Shown one piece after another: positions 25,707 to 35,483 of a stretch of 54,491 bases of DNA. The stretch lies in the IMG/VR virus record IMGVR_UViG_3300024433_000007, positions 1 to 54,491 of that record, one strand, 5' to 3'. Position 1 is the stretch's first letter; each line of letters begins with the position of its first letter. Made by a program: the position numbers and the translations under genes. The stretch comes from a virus (Duplodnaviria; Caudoviricetes). Below the pieces are notes generated by a model. It was not told where the DNA came from and did no database searches. It saw only the letters and a program-made list of their open reading frames with translations.

Positions 25707-26015
25707 ATGAAAGAAAAAACAATGGAAAATCTGCCTCTTAAAGATCGTTTTCACTTAGTTAGACTCTCAAAAGATATGAATAAAAATGGAATGGCCAAAA
25801 TGCTTCGCATTTCTCCCTCATATTTAACAAGACTGGAGAATGGAGAGAGGCCCATACCGCAGTACATTATAGATCTGCTTGAGTTAGATCGTTCTGTAAC
25901 TTTCAGGTGGTATTATAATATTATGCATGCCTTAAAACCTTTCACAAAGCATTATTTGTCACAGGAAGAGATAGAAGAATCCAAAAAAGTTTTAAAAGTA
26001 GTTTTGGGAATCTAA
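25707..26015 (+). CDS. XRE-family HTH regulator
   Basis: RLSKDMNKNGMAKMLRISPSYLTRLENGERP. Confidence 0.85.
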   Translation: MKEKTMENLPLKDRFHLVRLSKDMNKNGMAKMLRISPSYLTRLENGERPIPQYIIDLLELDRSVTFRWYYNIMHALKPFTKHYLSQEEIEESKKVLKVVLGI

Positions 26016-26473
26016 TGCGTAGTCCATGTTATGAATGCAAATTAAGAAATGAAGATAAAAATAATGAACGATGCCGGAGTTGTGAGAGGCGTATTGCATA
26101 TGCACAGGCGACGCAACTAATCTCATCTGAGACTTCCGATAGTATAGAAGAAGAGAGAATGACCGATGGAGCAGCCGAGAAAATAATGACTGTTCAAGAG
26201 ATGGATGTAAGTTACAAAGAAGTCCTCCAAGATATTGAAGATCTGAGAAAAGAGATTCCAAGACGAAAAGGAAAAAAGAGAGGACGAAAGTCCTTAGAAA
26301 GTCCAAGTCCGATTAGGAGGCCCCAGATGTATATAAAGTTCGGGCCTAAGTATTTCGATATTCATCGAGACTTAGTAAATATAGCTGAGTTAGAGCATTG
26401 AACAATAGTGCTACAAGCTCTTTACTTTATAAAAGAAGGAATCGCTAAATACAAGGAGAATTCTAATGAATGA
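26015..26473 (+). CDS. Cys-rich N-terminal / RHH-like C-terminal protein with apparent premature TGA at 26399
   Basis: SPCYEC..CRSC; frame continues TIVLQALYFIKEGI to a TGA overlapping the next ATG. Confidence 0.55.
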
Positions 26474-27824
26474 TAAAGAAGTAACAGTTCCTGTTGAAAG
26501 CATCACTGTCGAGGGTCGAGCTAGAATAGAGTTAGGCAATTTAGAGGAATTGCAAGGCAGTATCGAAAGGGTAGGTCAACTTAATGCTATCATCATAAAC
26601 AAAAAGGATAACAGTCTTGTCGCAGGCTATCGACGTTTAACCTGCTTTAAGAATTTAGGATTAAAAAAGATAAGAGTACTATATAAAGAAGATCTTTCTC
26701 CTTTAATGAAAAAGGTAATCGAACGTGAAGAGAATCTTCATAAGGAATTAGAATGGAATGAGCATGCCAAACTACGTGCAGAAATACATGTTCTTCTTCA
26801 AGAAGAGCATGGAGCAGCAGTTAAAGGTCACAAAAGTGGAGGGTGGTCTTTGGAAGATAGTGCTAACTATTTAGGAGTTTCTATAGGAACACTGTCGCAG
26901 GACATCTCCTTGATCGAGGCGATGGAAGCTCTTCCCAAGATTGCCGAATTCAGCTCGAAGAAACAGGCTCTAAAGAGCCTTGGTAAAATAAAAGAGATGG
27001 CCATTTTGACGGAGTTGGCTAGGAGAGATAAGGAGGAAGGATTTGCACTGACTAAAAGTTCTGATCCTTATATGCTCTTTCAAAAAGATAGTGTAGAATA
27101 TGTTAGGGAAAGTATAGATAATGAAACTATAGACTTAATAATCTTCGATCCTCCTTGGGGAATAAATGCAGATGATATAGCAGACGCTCGTGGCCCAAGA
27201 GGAGAAAAAACATTCTACGATGATTCAGAGGAAACCTCCAAAAACCTTATCCACAAATTGATGCCCGAACTGTATAGAGTAATGAAGACTGATTCGCACA
27301 TGTATATGTTTATAGGATCACAATTTGGTAGTTATTATGTAAATCTTCTACAAAATCAGAAACCCATTGTCGATGCTCTCGGTGTTATTACAGATTATGA
27401 AGTTCTCGATCCAAAACGTAAATGGCGATTTGATGTTAGACCTTTTCCTTTAGTTTGGGTCAAGGAGGGAGGTGGATATACAGATTTTGAGTATAAGTTC
27501 ATGCCACGTTATGAAAATATTCTCTTCTGTACTAAAGGCCGTCGGCCCCTAAACTATGTTACTTCAGATGTATTTATCTTTAATCGTCCTCTTTCTACAG
27601 AAAGAATTCATCCACAACAAAAGTCTCTTGAACTCCTTAAAGAATTTATCAAGTTGTCATCTCATCAGGACGAGATCGTTCTTGATCCCACGATGGGAAG
27701 CGGAGCGGTCATAGTCGCTGCTATCTTAACAAGTCGGAGATCAATAGGTGTTGAGAAGGATGCAGAACAATTTTTGAAGGCGGAGAACTGGATTAAGGGA
27801 ATACAGCATGAGAAAGGAGAATAA
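26466..27824 (+). CDS. ParB/Srx domain fused to beta-class N6-A/N4-C DNA methyltransferase
   Basis: LVAGYRRL and EREENL (ParB), HTH, DPPW (motif IV), HPQQK, DPTMGSG (motif I). Confidence 0.9.
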   Translation: MNDKEVTVPVESITVEGRARIELGNLEELQGSIERVGQLNAIIINKKDNSLVAGYRRLTCFKNLGLKKIRVLYKEDLSPLMKKVIEREENLHKELEWNEHAKLRAEIHVLLQEEHGAAVKGHKSGGWSLEDSANYLGVSIGTLSQDISLIEAMEALPKIAEFSSKKQALKSLGKIKEMAILTELARRDKEEGFALTKSSDPYMLFQKDSVEYVRESIDNETIDLIIFDPPWGINADDIADARGPRGEKTFYDDSEETSKNLIHKLMPELYRVMKTDSHMYMFIGSQFGSYYVNLLQNQKPIVDALGVITDYEVLDPKRKWRFDVRPFPLVWVKEGGGYTDFEYKFMPRYENILFCTKGRRPLNYVTSDVFIFNRPLSTERIHPQQKSLELLKEFIKLSSHQDEIVLDPTMGSGAVIVAAILTSRRSIGVEKDAEQFLKAENWIKGIQHEKGE

Positions 27825-27826
27825 GA

Positions 27827-28210
27827 ATGAATACAGAACAACAGTTTGTATATAATTTTCACAAATTCTTTAATGTTCATATAGAGCCTCATCCAAAAGT
27901 TCCTCCTACAGAAGTAGTTGAGCTAAGGATAAGGTTGATGCTTGGAGAGTTGAATGAACTTATAGATGCTCTGCGAGATAAGAATCTAATAGAGATAGCT
28001 GATGGCATTGCTGATCTATTATATGTCGCATATGGAACTGCTGTATCTTGTGGATTGAATATGCAGTATATTCTTGATGAAGTACATACATCTAATATGA
28101 CAAAAGGAGGTAGAAGGAAAGATGGTAAAATATTAAAACCAATCACTTTTCGTCCCCCAGATCTGAATGGAATATTTAGACTCGGCCTTCATAGAATAAA
28201 GGAGAAATAA
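27827..28210 (+). CDS. MazG-like NTP pyrophosphohydrolase
   Basis: E..EL..EIADGIADLLYV..VHTSNMTK..DGKILKP. Confidence 0.88.
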   Translation: MNTEQQFVYNFHKFFNVHIEPHPKVPPTEVVELRIRLMLGELNELIDALRDKNLIEIADGIADLLYVAYGTAVSCGLNMQYILDEVHTSNMTKGGRRKDGKILKPITFRPPDLNGIFRLGLHRIKEK

Positions 28211-28620
28211 TGAAACAGAAACCAGGATCTCATAACTGTGTAGCAGTTGTAGCTGCTATGGCTACAGATAGTACACCGGAGGAATTTGAGGAATTCATAG
28301 GAAGTTCTCCTCCTTATGGTGATTATGATTTTTATAGATTTCTATTATCTAAAGAATATGTAGTAGGTGTCGGAGTAGATATCAAAGAAAACCCCATTCA
28401 AGACGGTACTATTAATTTATGGTTCGAGATAACTGCCTATCCTGCCCTTGTCGTTGTTAAGTCAGAAACTTATAAAGAAAAGGAGCATGTTATTTATTGG
28501 GATGGTAACAGGATTTACGATCCGAACCCAAATGTGGAGGATGGTAGACCTCTATCAGATTATGAGATTCATCTATGGTTTCCAATTAATAAGGTAGATA
28601 CAGAAAAGAAGCTAATATGA
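28210..28620 (+). CDS. Papain-fold (C39-like) peptidase
   Basis: Q..NCVAVVAAM, HVIYWDG..IYDP triad pattern. Confidence 0.6.
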   Translation: MKQKPGSHNCVAVVAAMATDSTPEEFEEFIGSSPPYGDYDFYRFLLSKEYVVGVGVDIKENPIQDGTINLWFEITAYPALVVVKSETYKEKEHVIYWDGNRIYDPNPNVEDGRPLSDYEIHLWFPINKVDTEKKLI

Positions 28621-28710
28621 ACAGCGTTCTATGGTCAATATTCACATGGATACTAATGATAGCAGCTTTAGTCGGTGTCATCCTGAACATCAAAAAGAAA
28701 GGAGATAAAG

Positions 28711-29280
28711 ATGATCAAAAAACTGTTCCTAGATCTTGAGACCTCAGGTCTCGATCCTCAGCTTAATGCAATCCTTGAAATAGGATGCGTTATAGAGTAT
28801 AGAAATATTTACAAAGAATTAACTTTTAACTGCCAGCCCTTTCCAAATGATTTAGTCGATTCGGAGGCACTTGAAGTAAACAAAATTACAGAAGAAAAGA
28901 TCAGCTCTTTTTCTACTCCAAGACAGGTTTATAACGATCTTACTGCTGAGTTATCTATGCATGTCGATAAGTACAATCCAAAAGATAAATTCGTCCTTCT
29001 TGGATACAACGTCGGTTTTGATGCTCAGTTTCTGAGAAGTTTCTGGCAGAAGAACCAGGACAAATATTTCAGTTCGTGGTTCTGGTACCCGCCGCTGGAT
29101 GTTATGGCCTTAGCCATGTATATTCTCAAAGACAAAGTACGTCCTCTTATGGAAAATTTCAAGCTGATGACCGTTGCTAAGGAAATCGGACTGAGTGTAG
29201 ATCTAGAGCAAGCTCACGGTGCACTGTATGACGTAAAATTGACAAGAGAAATCTATAATGCGATAGAAAATTGGGCCTAA
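28711..29280 (+). CDS. DEDDh 3'-5' exonuclease
   Basis: DLETSG, GYNVGFD, AHGALYD. Confidence 0.92.
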   Translation: MIKKLFLDLETSGLDPQLNAILEIGCVIEYRNIYKELTFNCQPFPNDLVDSEALEVNKITEEKISSFSTPRQVYNDLTAELSMHVDKYNPKDKFVLLGYNVGFDAQFLRSFWQKNQDKYFSSWFWYPPLDVMALAMYILKDKVRPLMENFKLMTVAKEIGLSVDLEQAHGALYDVKLTREIYNAIENWA

Positions 29281-29383
29281 GAAACTTCAAAGCGATTAAG
29301 AAACGCAGGAAGATCGAAGAAAAGAAAGGTAAAGGAAAGTTTCATATCAAGAAATATATTTCCACGATATGTAGGAGGTTCAA

Positions 29384-29536
29384 ATGATATTTAAGGATGA
29401 AGTTTCAAGAAAGGCATTTGCAGAGTTTAAAAAATGGAGAGAGTCCTTAGATTACGATCTTGGAGAAGCAGAGGAGGACTGGAAGGTGTGGTGGTACTGC
29501 TTTCTCGCAGGATTTAAGGCAGCTCAAGAGGATTAA
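29384..29536 (+). CDS. Small hypothetical protein (50 aa)
   Basis: AGGAGG RBS; MIFKDEVSRKAF..WWYCFLAGF. Confidence 0.6.
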   Translation: MIFKDEVSRKAFAEFKKWRESLDYDLGEAEEDWKVWWYCFLAGFKAAQED

Positions 29537-29537
29537 T

Positions 29538-31814
29538 ATGATAAGAGTTCCACCTGCCGGCCCAACCTCCGCAGAGATTGTACTGATCGGTGAAGCACCG
29601 GCTTCAGAGGAAGTCAATTATAATCCACCTACTCCGTTTGTGGGTTCGGCTGGCCAGCATCTAAACCGCTTTCTCAAGATGGCAGATCTTTTCAGAGGTG
29701 AACTATATCTGACCAATATTCTGAAATACCAAGCGCCTGGCAACAAAATCTCTCGTGTTGGGCCAGAGACTCTACGTATGAGTGAGTTGGAACTCGTAGA
29801 GGAAATAAATAATCTTGAAAACCCCAAAATTCTTGTCCCTTTAGGGGAATATCCTTTACGAGCTATTACAGATAAAAGAGGAATAGGAAACTTCCGAGGA
29901 TCGGTTCTAAGACCAAAAGAGTCAATCAGACAAGATTGCATTGTTATCCCTTCTTATCATCCTTCCATAATGCATTACAATCATGATGTCTGGCCTCTCA
30001 TTGTAGCTGATCTCATCCGTGTCAGAAGGCTTAAAGATAAAGATTTTGAGTTTGAGTTTCCTACATATAACTTTATCATCCAACCAAGACTATCTCAAGT
30101 CCTCGAAACTCTGGATATGTTAGAGAAGAAACTTCATCCTCTCACTGTCATTGATGTCGAGACACCCCATGAACTTCTCTCATGCATCGGTATTGCCTGG
30201 TCAAGACAGGATGCGATTTGCATTCCTTTTTATTGGGGAAATGGAGCTAACTATTGGAGCTTCGCTGAGGAACTCGTCATCTGGAAAAGGCTATCTGAAG
30301 TCCTTCCTCAATTGAATCTCGCAGGACAGAATGTTTTCTTTGATTGGGAAGTAATGCATAATCATGGAATCGACTTAAAGATTCCTCGATGGGATTCGAT
30401 GCTTATGCATAGCTGCCTTTACAGTGAGCTTCGTCATAATCTCGAAACTATTGTAAGTATTTATACAGATATTCCATTCTATAAGAGAGATGAAGATGAA
30501 GAAGTCAAAAGATCAGCTATCAAAGCAGGAAAGGAGAGAGATCATTGGGAATACAACATGCTCGATTGTGTTAGCACTCTCTGGGCTATCGAAGAAGAAA
30601 AGGTAGAATTAGAAGAAGATAACATGCTTTCTGTTTATGACGATCTCTATGCTGAGCTAATTGAGCCTGTCTATCAAATGAATCTACGAGGCGTTCCTGT
30701 CGATATGAAGAGACTACCAGAGGTAAGAAAAGATTTAGATGATATTATAAAAGCTAAAGAGGCACATATATTTGGGGCGGCAGGTTATGAGTTCAATGTC
30801 AGATCTCATACGCAGGTAAAAAAGCTTCTCTATGATGACTTCAAATGGGTTCCTTACTTAGATAGAAAAACAAGGAAAACTTCCTCAAATAAGAAATCTC
30901 TTGAAAAGCTCGCATATAAGTACCAATCTGATATACCTACGCTTATTCTGGAAGTGAAAGAAGATTACAGCTTTCAGAGTATATTCGATGACGAAAATAT
31001 CGAAGATGGAAGATTTAGATGCAGCTATGGATTAGCCAGAACTAAGACAGGACGCTTATCCTCCAGAAAGACATATTCCGGTAGGGGGAGAAATCTCCAT
31101 AATGTAAAGCGAGGCCCAACGAGGACATTCTTTATTGCCGAAAAAGGTCATATACTAGTCGGAGCTGACCAAAAACAGGCAGAGGCCAGACTGACTGCAT
31201 ATTTCTCTCAAGATGAAAGTTATATTAGAGCTGTAGATAGTGGAAGAATTCACTTTGAGACTGCCAAAGGCATCTTCGGAGAGGAAGTTACAAAAGCTGA
31301 TAAAAGGTACATTATCGCTAAGAATATGGGTCATGGATCAGATTATGGTGTCGGGCCTTGGACTCTCGCACATGAAGCCAACATTCCTTTTAGTGATGCG
31401 AAGATATTTCTTGAAAAGTTCCATGAACTGTATCCAGGAATTAGGAGCACATACTACAAATATGTCGAGGACTGTATCAGAAAAGATAGAACTATTATTA
31501 ATCCGTTTGGTCGAAGGCAGATTTTTATTGGGCATATAAATGAAACTCTCTTTAGGGCAGGTTATGCTTTCCTTCCTCAAAGCACATCAGGAGATCTTAC
31601 CAAGAAAGCAATGAAGAAACTTTACAAACATTACATTGTGCTTATGGATCAACATGATGGTCTCATCTTGTCTGTTCCTGAAAAGGAAGTTAAGTATGGT
31701 ATAGAAGCTTTACAGGAGGCATATGATATTCCTATTATGATTTGGGATACTGAAAGAAAGATTCCCATTGATATTTCGGTGGGCGAAAACTGGGGAAGCA
31801 TGAAAGAAATATAA
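29538..31814 (+). CDS. polA: Family A DNA polymerase with N-terminal UDG family-4-like domain
   Basis: GEAP..PFVG..YLTN..YHPS (UDG4); DVET / QNVFFD / YNMLD exonuclease; TGRLSS, DQKQAEAR, AKNMGHGSDYG, QHDG. Confidence 0.93.
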   Translation: MIRVPPAGPTSAEIVLIGEAPASEEVNYNPPTPFVGSAGQHLNRFLKMADLFRGELYLTNILKYQAPGNKISRVGPETLRMSELELVEEINNLENPKILVPLGEYPLRAITDKRGIGNFRGSVLRPKESIRQDCIVIPSYHPSIMHYNHDVWPLIVADLIRVRRLKDKDFEFEFPTYNFIIQPRLSQVLETLDMLEKKLHPLTVIDVETPHELLSCIGIAWSRQDAICIPFYWGNGANYWSFAEELVIWKRLSEVLPQLNLAGQNVFFDWEVMHNHGIDLKIPRWDSMLMHSCLYSELRHNLETIVSIYTDIPFYKRDEDEEVKRSAIKAGKERDHWEYNMLDCVSTLWAIEEEKVELEEDNMLSVYDDLYAELIEPVYQMNLRGVPVDMKRLPEVRKDLDDIIKAKEAHIFGAAGYEFNVRSHTQVKKLLYDDFKWVPYLDRKTRKTSSNKKSLEKLAYKYQSDIPTLILEVKEDYSFQSIFDDENIEDGRFRCSYGLARTKTGRLSSRKTYSGRGRNLHNVKRGPTRTFFIAEKGHILVGADQKQAEARLTAYFSQDESYIRAVDSGRIHFETAKGIFGEEVTKADKRYIIAKNMGHGSDYGVGPWTLAHEANIPFSDAKIFLEKFHELYPGIRSTYYKYVEDCIRKDRTIINPFGRRQIFIGHINETLFRAGYAFLPQSTSGDLTKKAMKKLYKHYIVLMDQHDGLILSVPEKEVKYGIEALQEAYDIPIMIWDTERKIPIDISVGENWGSMKEI

Positions 31815-31830
31815 AAGGAGGTAGAACAAT

Positions 31831-32349
31831 ATGAATAAAGAGATTTGGAAACCTGTTAAAGATTTTTCTAAATATGAAACATCGAATTTTGGAAATGTAC
31901 GATCTTATAAACAATCAAGCATAATTAACAGTTTTCAGTCTAAGCTATTAACACCTAATTATGGAAGCTATGGACATGCAGCAGTATCTTTACGCAAAGG
32001 AAATAAAACATATACTAAATCTATACACAGATTGGTACTAGAAGCTTTTGTCGGTTCATGTCCATCTGGACATGAAGCAAACCATAAGGACAGTAACCCT
32101 CAAAATAATAGATTAACAAACTTAGAATGGACTACACCATCTAAAAATATTAAGCATTCTTTCAAATACGGATATAATTCTAACGCAGGTGAATGTAGTC
32201 CTACCGCAAAACTACGAGATGAGGAAGTTTTAGAAATAAGAAGATTAGCTAAGCAAGGTGTCAAACTAATTACAATCGCCAAAATGTTTAAGATAGATCG
32301 AGGACATACAAGTGCTATAGTAAATCGTAAGAAGTGGAATCATATATAA
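31831..32349 (+). CDS. NUMOD4-HNH homing endonuclease (paralogue of 15242-15763)
   Basis: EIWKPV..YETSNFGNVRS; IHRLV..NHKDSNPQNNRLTNLEW; shared AKLR.E.VLEIRRLAK. Confidence 0.92.
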   Translation: MNKEIWKPVKDFSKYETSNFGNVRSYKQSSIINSFQSKLLTPNYGSYGHAAVSLRKGNKTYTKSIHRLVLEAFVGSCPSGHEANHKDSNPQNNRLTNLEWTTPSKNIKHSFKYGYNSNAGECSPTAKLRDEEVLEIRRLAKQGVKLITIAKMFKIDRGHTSAIVNRKKWNHI

Positions 32350-32379
32350 AAGTCTGTAACGAAATAGGAGAAACAGCAT

Positions 32380-33555
32380 ATGTCACGGCGTTGTATTGGG
32401 GGTTGGTTACAGACTTATAGAAGGTACATACATAAGCAAGAGGCTCCAGATATATTTCATTTTTGGATTGGATTATCAATGATCTCAGCTACCCTCAAGA
32501 GAAACATTTGGATCGATCAAGATGCTTACACAATCTATCCAAATCAATATGTCATCCTAGTCGCTGAATCAGCTTCCTGTCGCAAAAGTGTAGCTATGGA
32601 ATTGGGCCTCGATCTCCTGCTTGTCAATAAGGACATTCGTGCTGTCCATGAAAGGACTACTGTCGAGGGATTGACCGACTTAATGAATCGAGCTACTGTA
32701 TCTCCTACGGGCAGAGTTAGACCCGATGGAAGTGTATTGTTACATGCCGATGAGCTCTCGAATATGTTCAGCAAAGCTTCGTACATCACCGATCTCGTTT
32801 CCTTTTTGACAGCTGCATACACAGCGAAGTCTAGACTCGATTTTCTGACAAGAAATAAAGGATTCGTTCAAGTCCGAAATCCCTGCCCATCTCTTCTGGC
32901 AGGAACTACTCCAGGACAGATGGGAGAAATTTTTCCTGTTCTAGCACTCTCTAGTGGATTCCTGGGTAGGATACTCATGGTCACAGCAAAGAAAGGACAT
33001 AAGGAACCAGAACCTAGACTGAGAAAGGAGCTGAGACAGGGCTTGATAGATGACCTATATGACATGAGTCTACTCCAAGGAGAGATCAAGCTTACACCTG
33101 AGTGTCGTAAAGATTTCAATAAGTGGTACATAAAATTGGAAGGATCACCTTCACCGAATCTAGATTCCTTCTACGAAAGAAAGCATGACCATGTTTTGAA
33201 GTCTGCTATGCTCCTGTCGGTATCGGAGTCGAATGATATGATAATTACGAAAGATCACTTTTGGAGTGCAGTGGAAGCTATAGAATTTCTAGAACAAGGC
33301 ATGACTAGAACCGTAGACTTTATAGGAGCAACTGCTAGGAGTGATATAGGAGAGCTGCTTGTTAGAATGATTAGGAAGAATGCACCTGAACCCATGTCAC
33401 ATTCAGTTCTTATGAGGAGGGTATATAAGAGAATTCAGGATGGAGAAGAATTCAACAAAATTATTGAGACCCTTATGGATAGCAAAAGAATCGAGCCAGT
33501 TACCTCCAAGCAAGGAATATTTTATAAATTAACAAAGGAGAAAGATGATGGATAA
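32380..33555 (+). CDS. DUF3987-type AAA+ putative replicative helicase
   Basis: Variant Walker A AESASCRKS, Walker B HADEL, GTTP, GFLGR; C-terminal winged-helix-like region. Confidence 0.7.
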   Translation: MSRRCIGGWLQTYRRYIHKQEAPDIFHFWIGLSMISATLKRNIWIDQDAYTIYPNQYVILVAESASCRKSVAMELGLDLLLVNKDIRAVHERTTVEGLTDLMNRATVSPTGRVRPDGSVLLHADELSNMFSKASYITDLVSFLTAAYTAKSRLDFLTRNKGFVQVRNPCPSLLAGTTPGQMGEIFPVLALSSGFLGRILMVTAKKGHKEPEPRLRKELRQGLIDDLYDMSLLQGEIKLTPECRKDFNKWYIKLEGSPSPNLDSFYERKHDHVLKSAMLLSVSESNDMIITKDHFWSAVEAIEFLEQGMTRTVDFIGATARSDIGELLVRMIRKNAPEPMSHSVLMRRVYKRIQDGEEFNKIIETLMDSKRIEPVTSKQGIFYKLTKEKDDG

Positions 33556-33739
33556 AAAACTAGATAAAGATATGTTAATATATCGAATTGCGAAGCTAAT
33601 AATTGAGCTTGCAAAAGTCTTTCACGATCCAGAAAAAGATCCTGCAGTGGAATTATATCGAACTGATCGGAGTATAAGTGAGCACATAGAAAAAGAAATG
33701 GAATGTATACGAATGAGAGAAAGAGGAGAAATAGCATGA
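33545..33739 (+). CDS. Hypothetical protein
   Basis: AAGGAG RBS, coupled. Confidence 0.6.
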   Translation: MMDKKLDKDMLIYRIAKLIIELAKVFHDPEKDPAVELYRTDRSISEHIEKEMECIRMRERGEIA

Positions 33740-34080
33740 CTTTCAAACTCCCGATACTTGATATCCTTGACCGTATGCAGGATGAGAAGCACGAAACCCT
33801 TCTCAACAAAGTAATATATTTTCTCTATATAGAAGAGAACCATTCAGCTAAAGTTACCGCTGCTTTACTAAGCATCAGCGAACCAACTGTCCTTATGAGG
33901 ATTCCTAAAGACGAGAAGAAGAGAGCTAAACGAGCACGTGATTACGAAGCGATGATTCCTGCAGTATTAGAGATGTATAAAGCTAAGGACAATCCAAAGG
34001 AGATAGCTTTTGATTTGGATATTCCTTTAGGGAAAGTATATGAAATTCTAAAAAAGGAGAAAGAAGATGACAAAACTTGA
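33736..34080 (+). CDS. Double-HTH DNA-binding protein
   Basis: SAKVTAALLSISEPTV and PKEIAFDLDIPLGKVYEIL. Confidence 0.65.
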   Translation: MTFKLPILDILDRMQDEKHETLLNKVIYFLYIEENHSAKVTAALLSISEPTVLMRIPKDEKKRAKRARDYEAMIPAVLEMYKAKDNPKEIAFDLDIPLGKVYEILKKEKEDDKT

Positions 34081-34399
34081 AGAACTAATGATGTATGGAT
34101 TTCCAAGAGCAGTAGGCCATACATGGACAGAATTGTATGGCGTAAGAGGCAATCCCAAGGCGGTTTTGATTGTAGCAACTGAGCGACATAGAGACTTCAT
34201 TGATTTGCCCAAAGAGCAGATGATTAGTATTTCTAATTTGAGAGAAAAGCTAGCAGGAAGAGGATGCCCTGTTGTAGTAGATCATTTTGCCTTAAGTATA
34301 CTAGTCGGCGAATGCGTAAGACATTATAAACAGCAGATCGATACGCTCATAGAAGAGAAAACAAATCTCGAAGCGGAGCTTCGTAATTTCACCAAGTGA
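34067..34399 (+). CDS. Hypothetical protein (last plus-strand gene)
   Basis: AAGGAG RBS; RAVGHT..PVVVDH. Confidence 0.7.
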   Translation: MTKLEELMMYGFPRAVGHTWTELYGVRGNPKAVLIVATERHRDFIDLPKEQMISISNLREKLAGRGCPVVVDHFALSILVGECVRHYKQQIDTLIEEKTNLEAELRNFTK

Positions 34400-34491
34400 A
34401 AATACAAAGGAGACAAAGGACGATGCAACTCTCTTACTCTCTGACCCTCTGAGCTGGCCCTGGCCCTCCTAGTCTTGAAGCTTCTCCTTGC

Positions 34492-35091
34492 CTAACCAGC
34501 TCTTTTTTCTTTCCTTTGATAATATTCCTGCATCAGATTTTTAATGGTTGCTATATTTTCGCTTAACTGATCTTTGATCTTCTCAAGAGGGTAAGCTTTC
34601 TGTAAATTAGGTAAAATATCATCTAGAAAGGCGGCAACTTTAGGATCGTTGGTGCGCATAAAAATAATGATCAATGATATAAGCTTCCATGCATCCGCCA
34701 AGAGATCCTCAATATCACCAGTATCCCTTTTGAATACCTGTCGAAGCTGGTTCCTAGTCATAGATTCCTGTTCTACCTTCATCCCATTTTCTATTTCTAA
34801 GGCAGTCTTTACTCTGATAGTTCCATCTTCTATGATTAGATTCTTCCGATCTCTATATGTCATTTGGACTTTCTGCGTATCCAGTACCTTAACAGCATGC
34901 AGCTCATAAAAATTGTTACTCACCGACTTTACCCATATTTCGGACATATCTGCTAGATCAACAATTTTCGTTCCATTCCATCTAAGACGTTCGAGGCCAA
35001 CATCCTTTTTATTTGATGGAATCGTGCCGATCTCAGTATCACCTTTTTCCGTGATATAGATAATTATGTCCTGATCGAGTATGGCTTTCAT
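34492..35091 (-). CDS. Hypothetical protein (possible tail-fibre assembly)
   Basis: End of tail operon, ATGA coupling. Confidence 0.65.
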   Translation of the reverse strand: MKAILDQDIIIYITEKGDTEIGTIPSNKKDVGLERLRWNGTKIVDLADMSEIWVKSVSNNFYELHAVKVLDTQKVQMTYRDRKNLIIEDGTIRVKTALEIENGMKVEQESMTRNQLRQVFKRDTGDIEDLLADAWKLISLIIIFMRTNDPKVAAFLDDILPNLQKAYPLEKIKDQLSENIATIKNLMQEYYQRKEKRAG

Positions 35092-35474
35092 AGAGGCAAG
35101 TTAATAATTCTTTGTTTTAAAGGAGTCTGAGAGTTTTCGATATACCTTATCGTATCCGAAAGCTTAGCTATGTTCTTCGCTGAATTTTCCATTGATATAA
35201 GAGCCTCACCGACTACTTTCAGAGCGTTGTTATTTGCAACGAGATTGTTTTTCGTATGATCTAAATCCTCTTGCATACCCCGCAGAGCCGCCTCGATCTT
35301 TGGCAGATACACACAAAGGAAATCTAGTACGTTCCATTCTTCTTCCTTGATGACCTTTTCCGGATCTCCCTGGTTTCGCGGTCCGTGCTCAATGGTAATC
35401 TTACGGTAAAGAGCTGCCTTGAGTTCCTGCTGGATCATTTCCCGCAGGCGGTTTTCATCTTTTTTGCTGATCAT
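35088..35474 (-). CDS. Coiled-coil hypothetical protein
   Basis: AAGGAGG RBS. Confidence 0.65.
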   Translation of the reverse strand: MISKKDENRLREMIQQELKAALYRKITIEHGPRNQGDPEKVIKEEEWNVLDFLCVYLPKIEAALRGMQEDLDHTKNNLVANNNALKVVGEALISMENSAKNIAKLSDTIRYIENSQTPLKQRIINLPL

Positions 35475-35483
35475 AAATCCTCC

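Noticed and set aside
11931-26401. Genome-wide stop-codon reassignment
   Set aside because: TAG and TGA end many genes normally, long genes are intact under code 11, and no suppressor tRNA is seen.
29460-29537. Upstream TTG start for polA
   Set aside because: Overlaps a separate 50-aa gene; ATG 29538 has an RBS and begins the UDG domain.
31814-32380. Group I intron or intein in polA associated with the HNH
   Set aside because: polA is continuous through motif C, and the HNH is free-standing with its own RBS.
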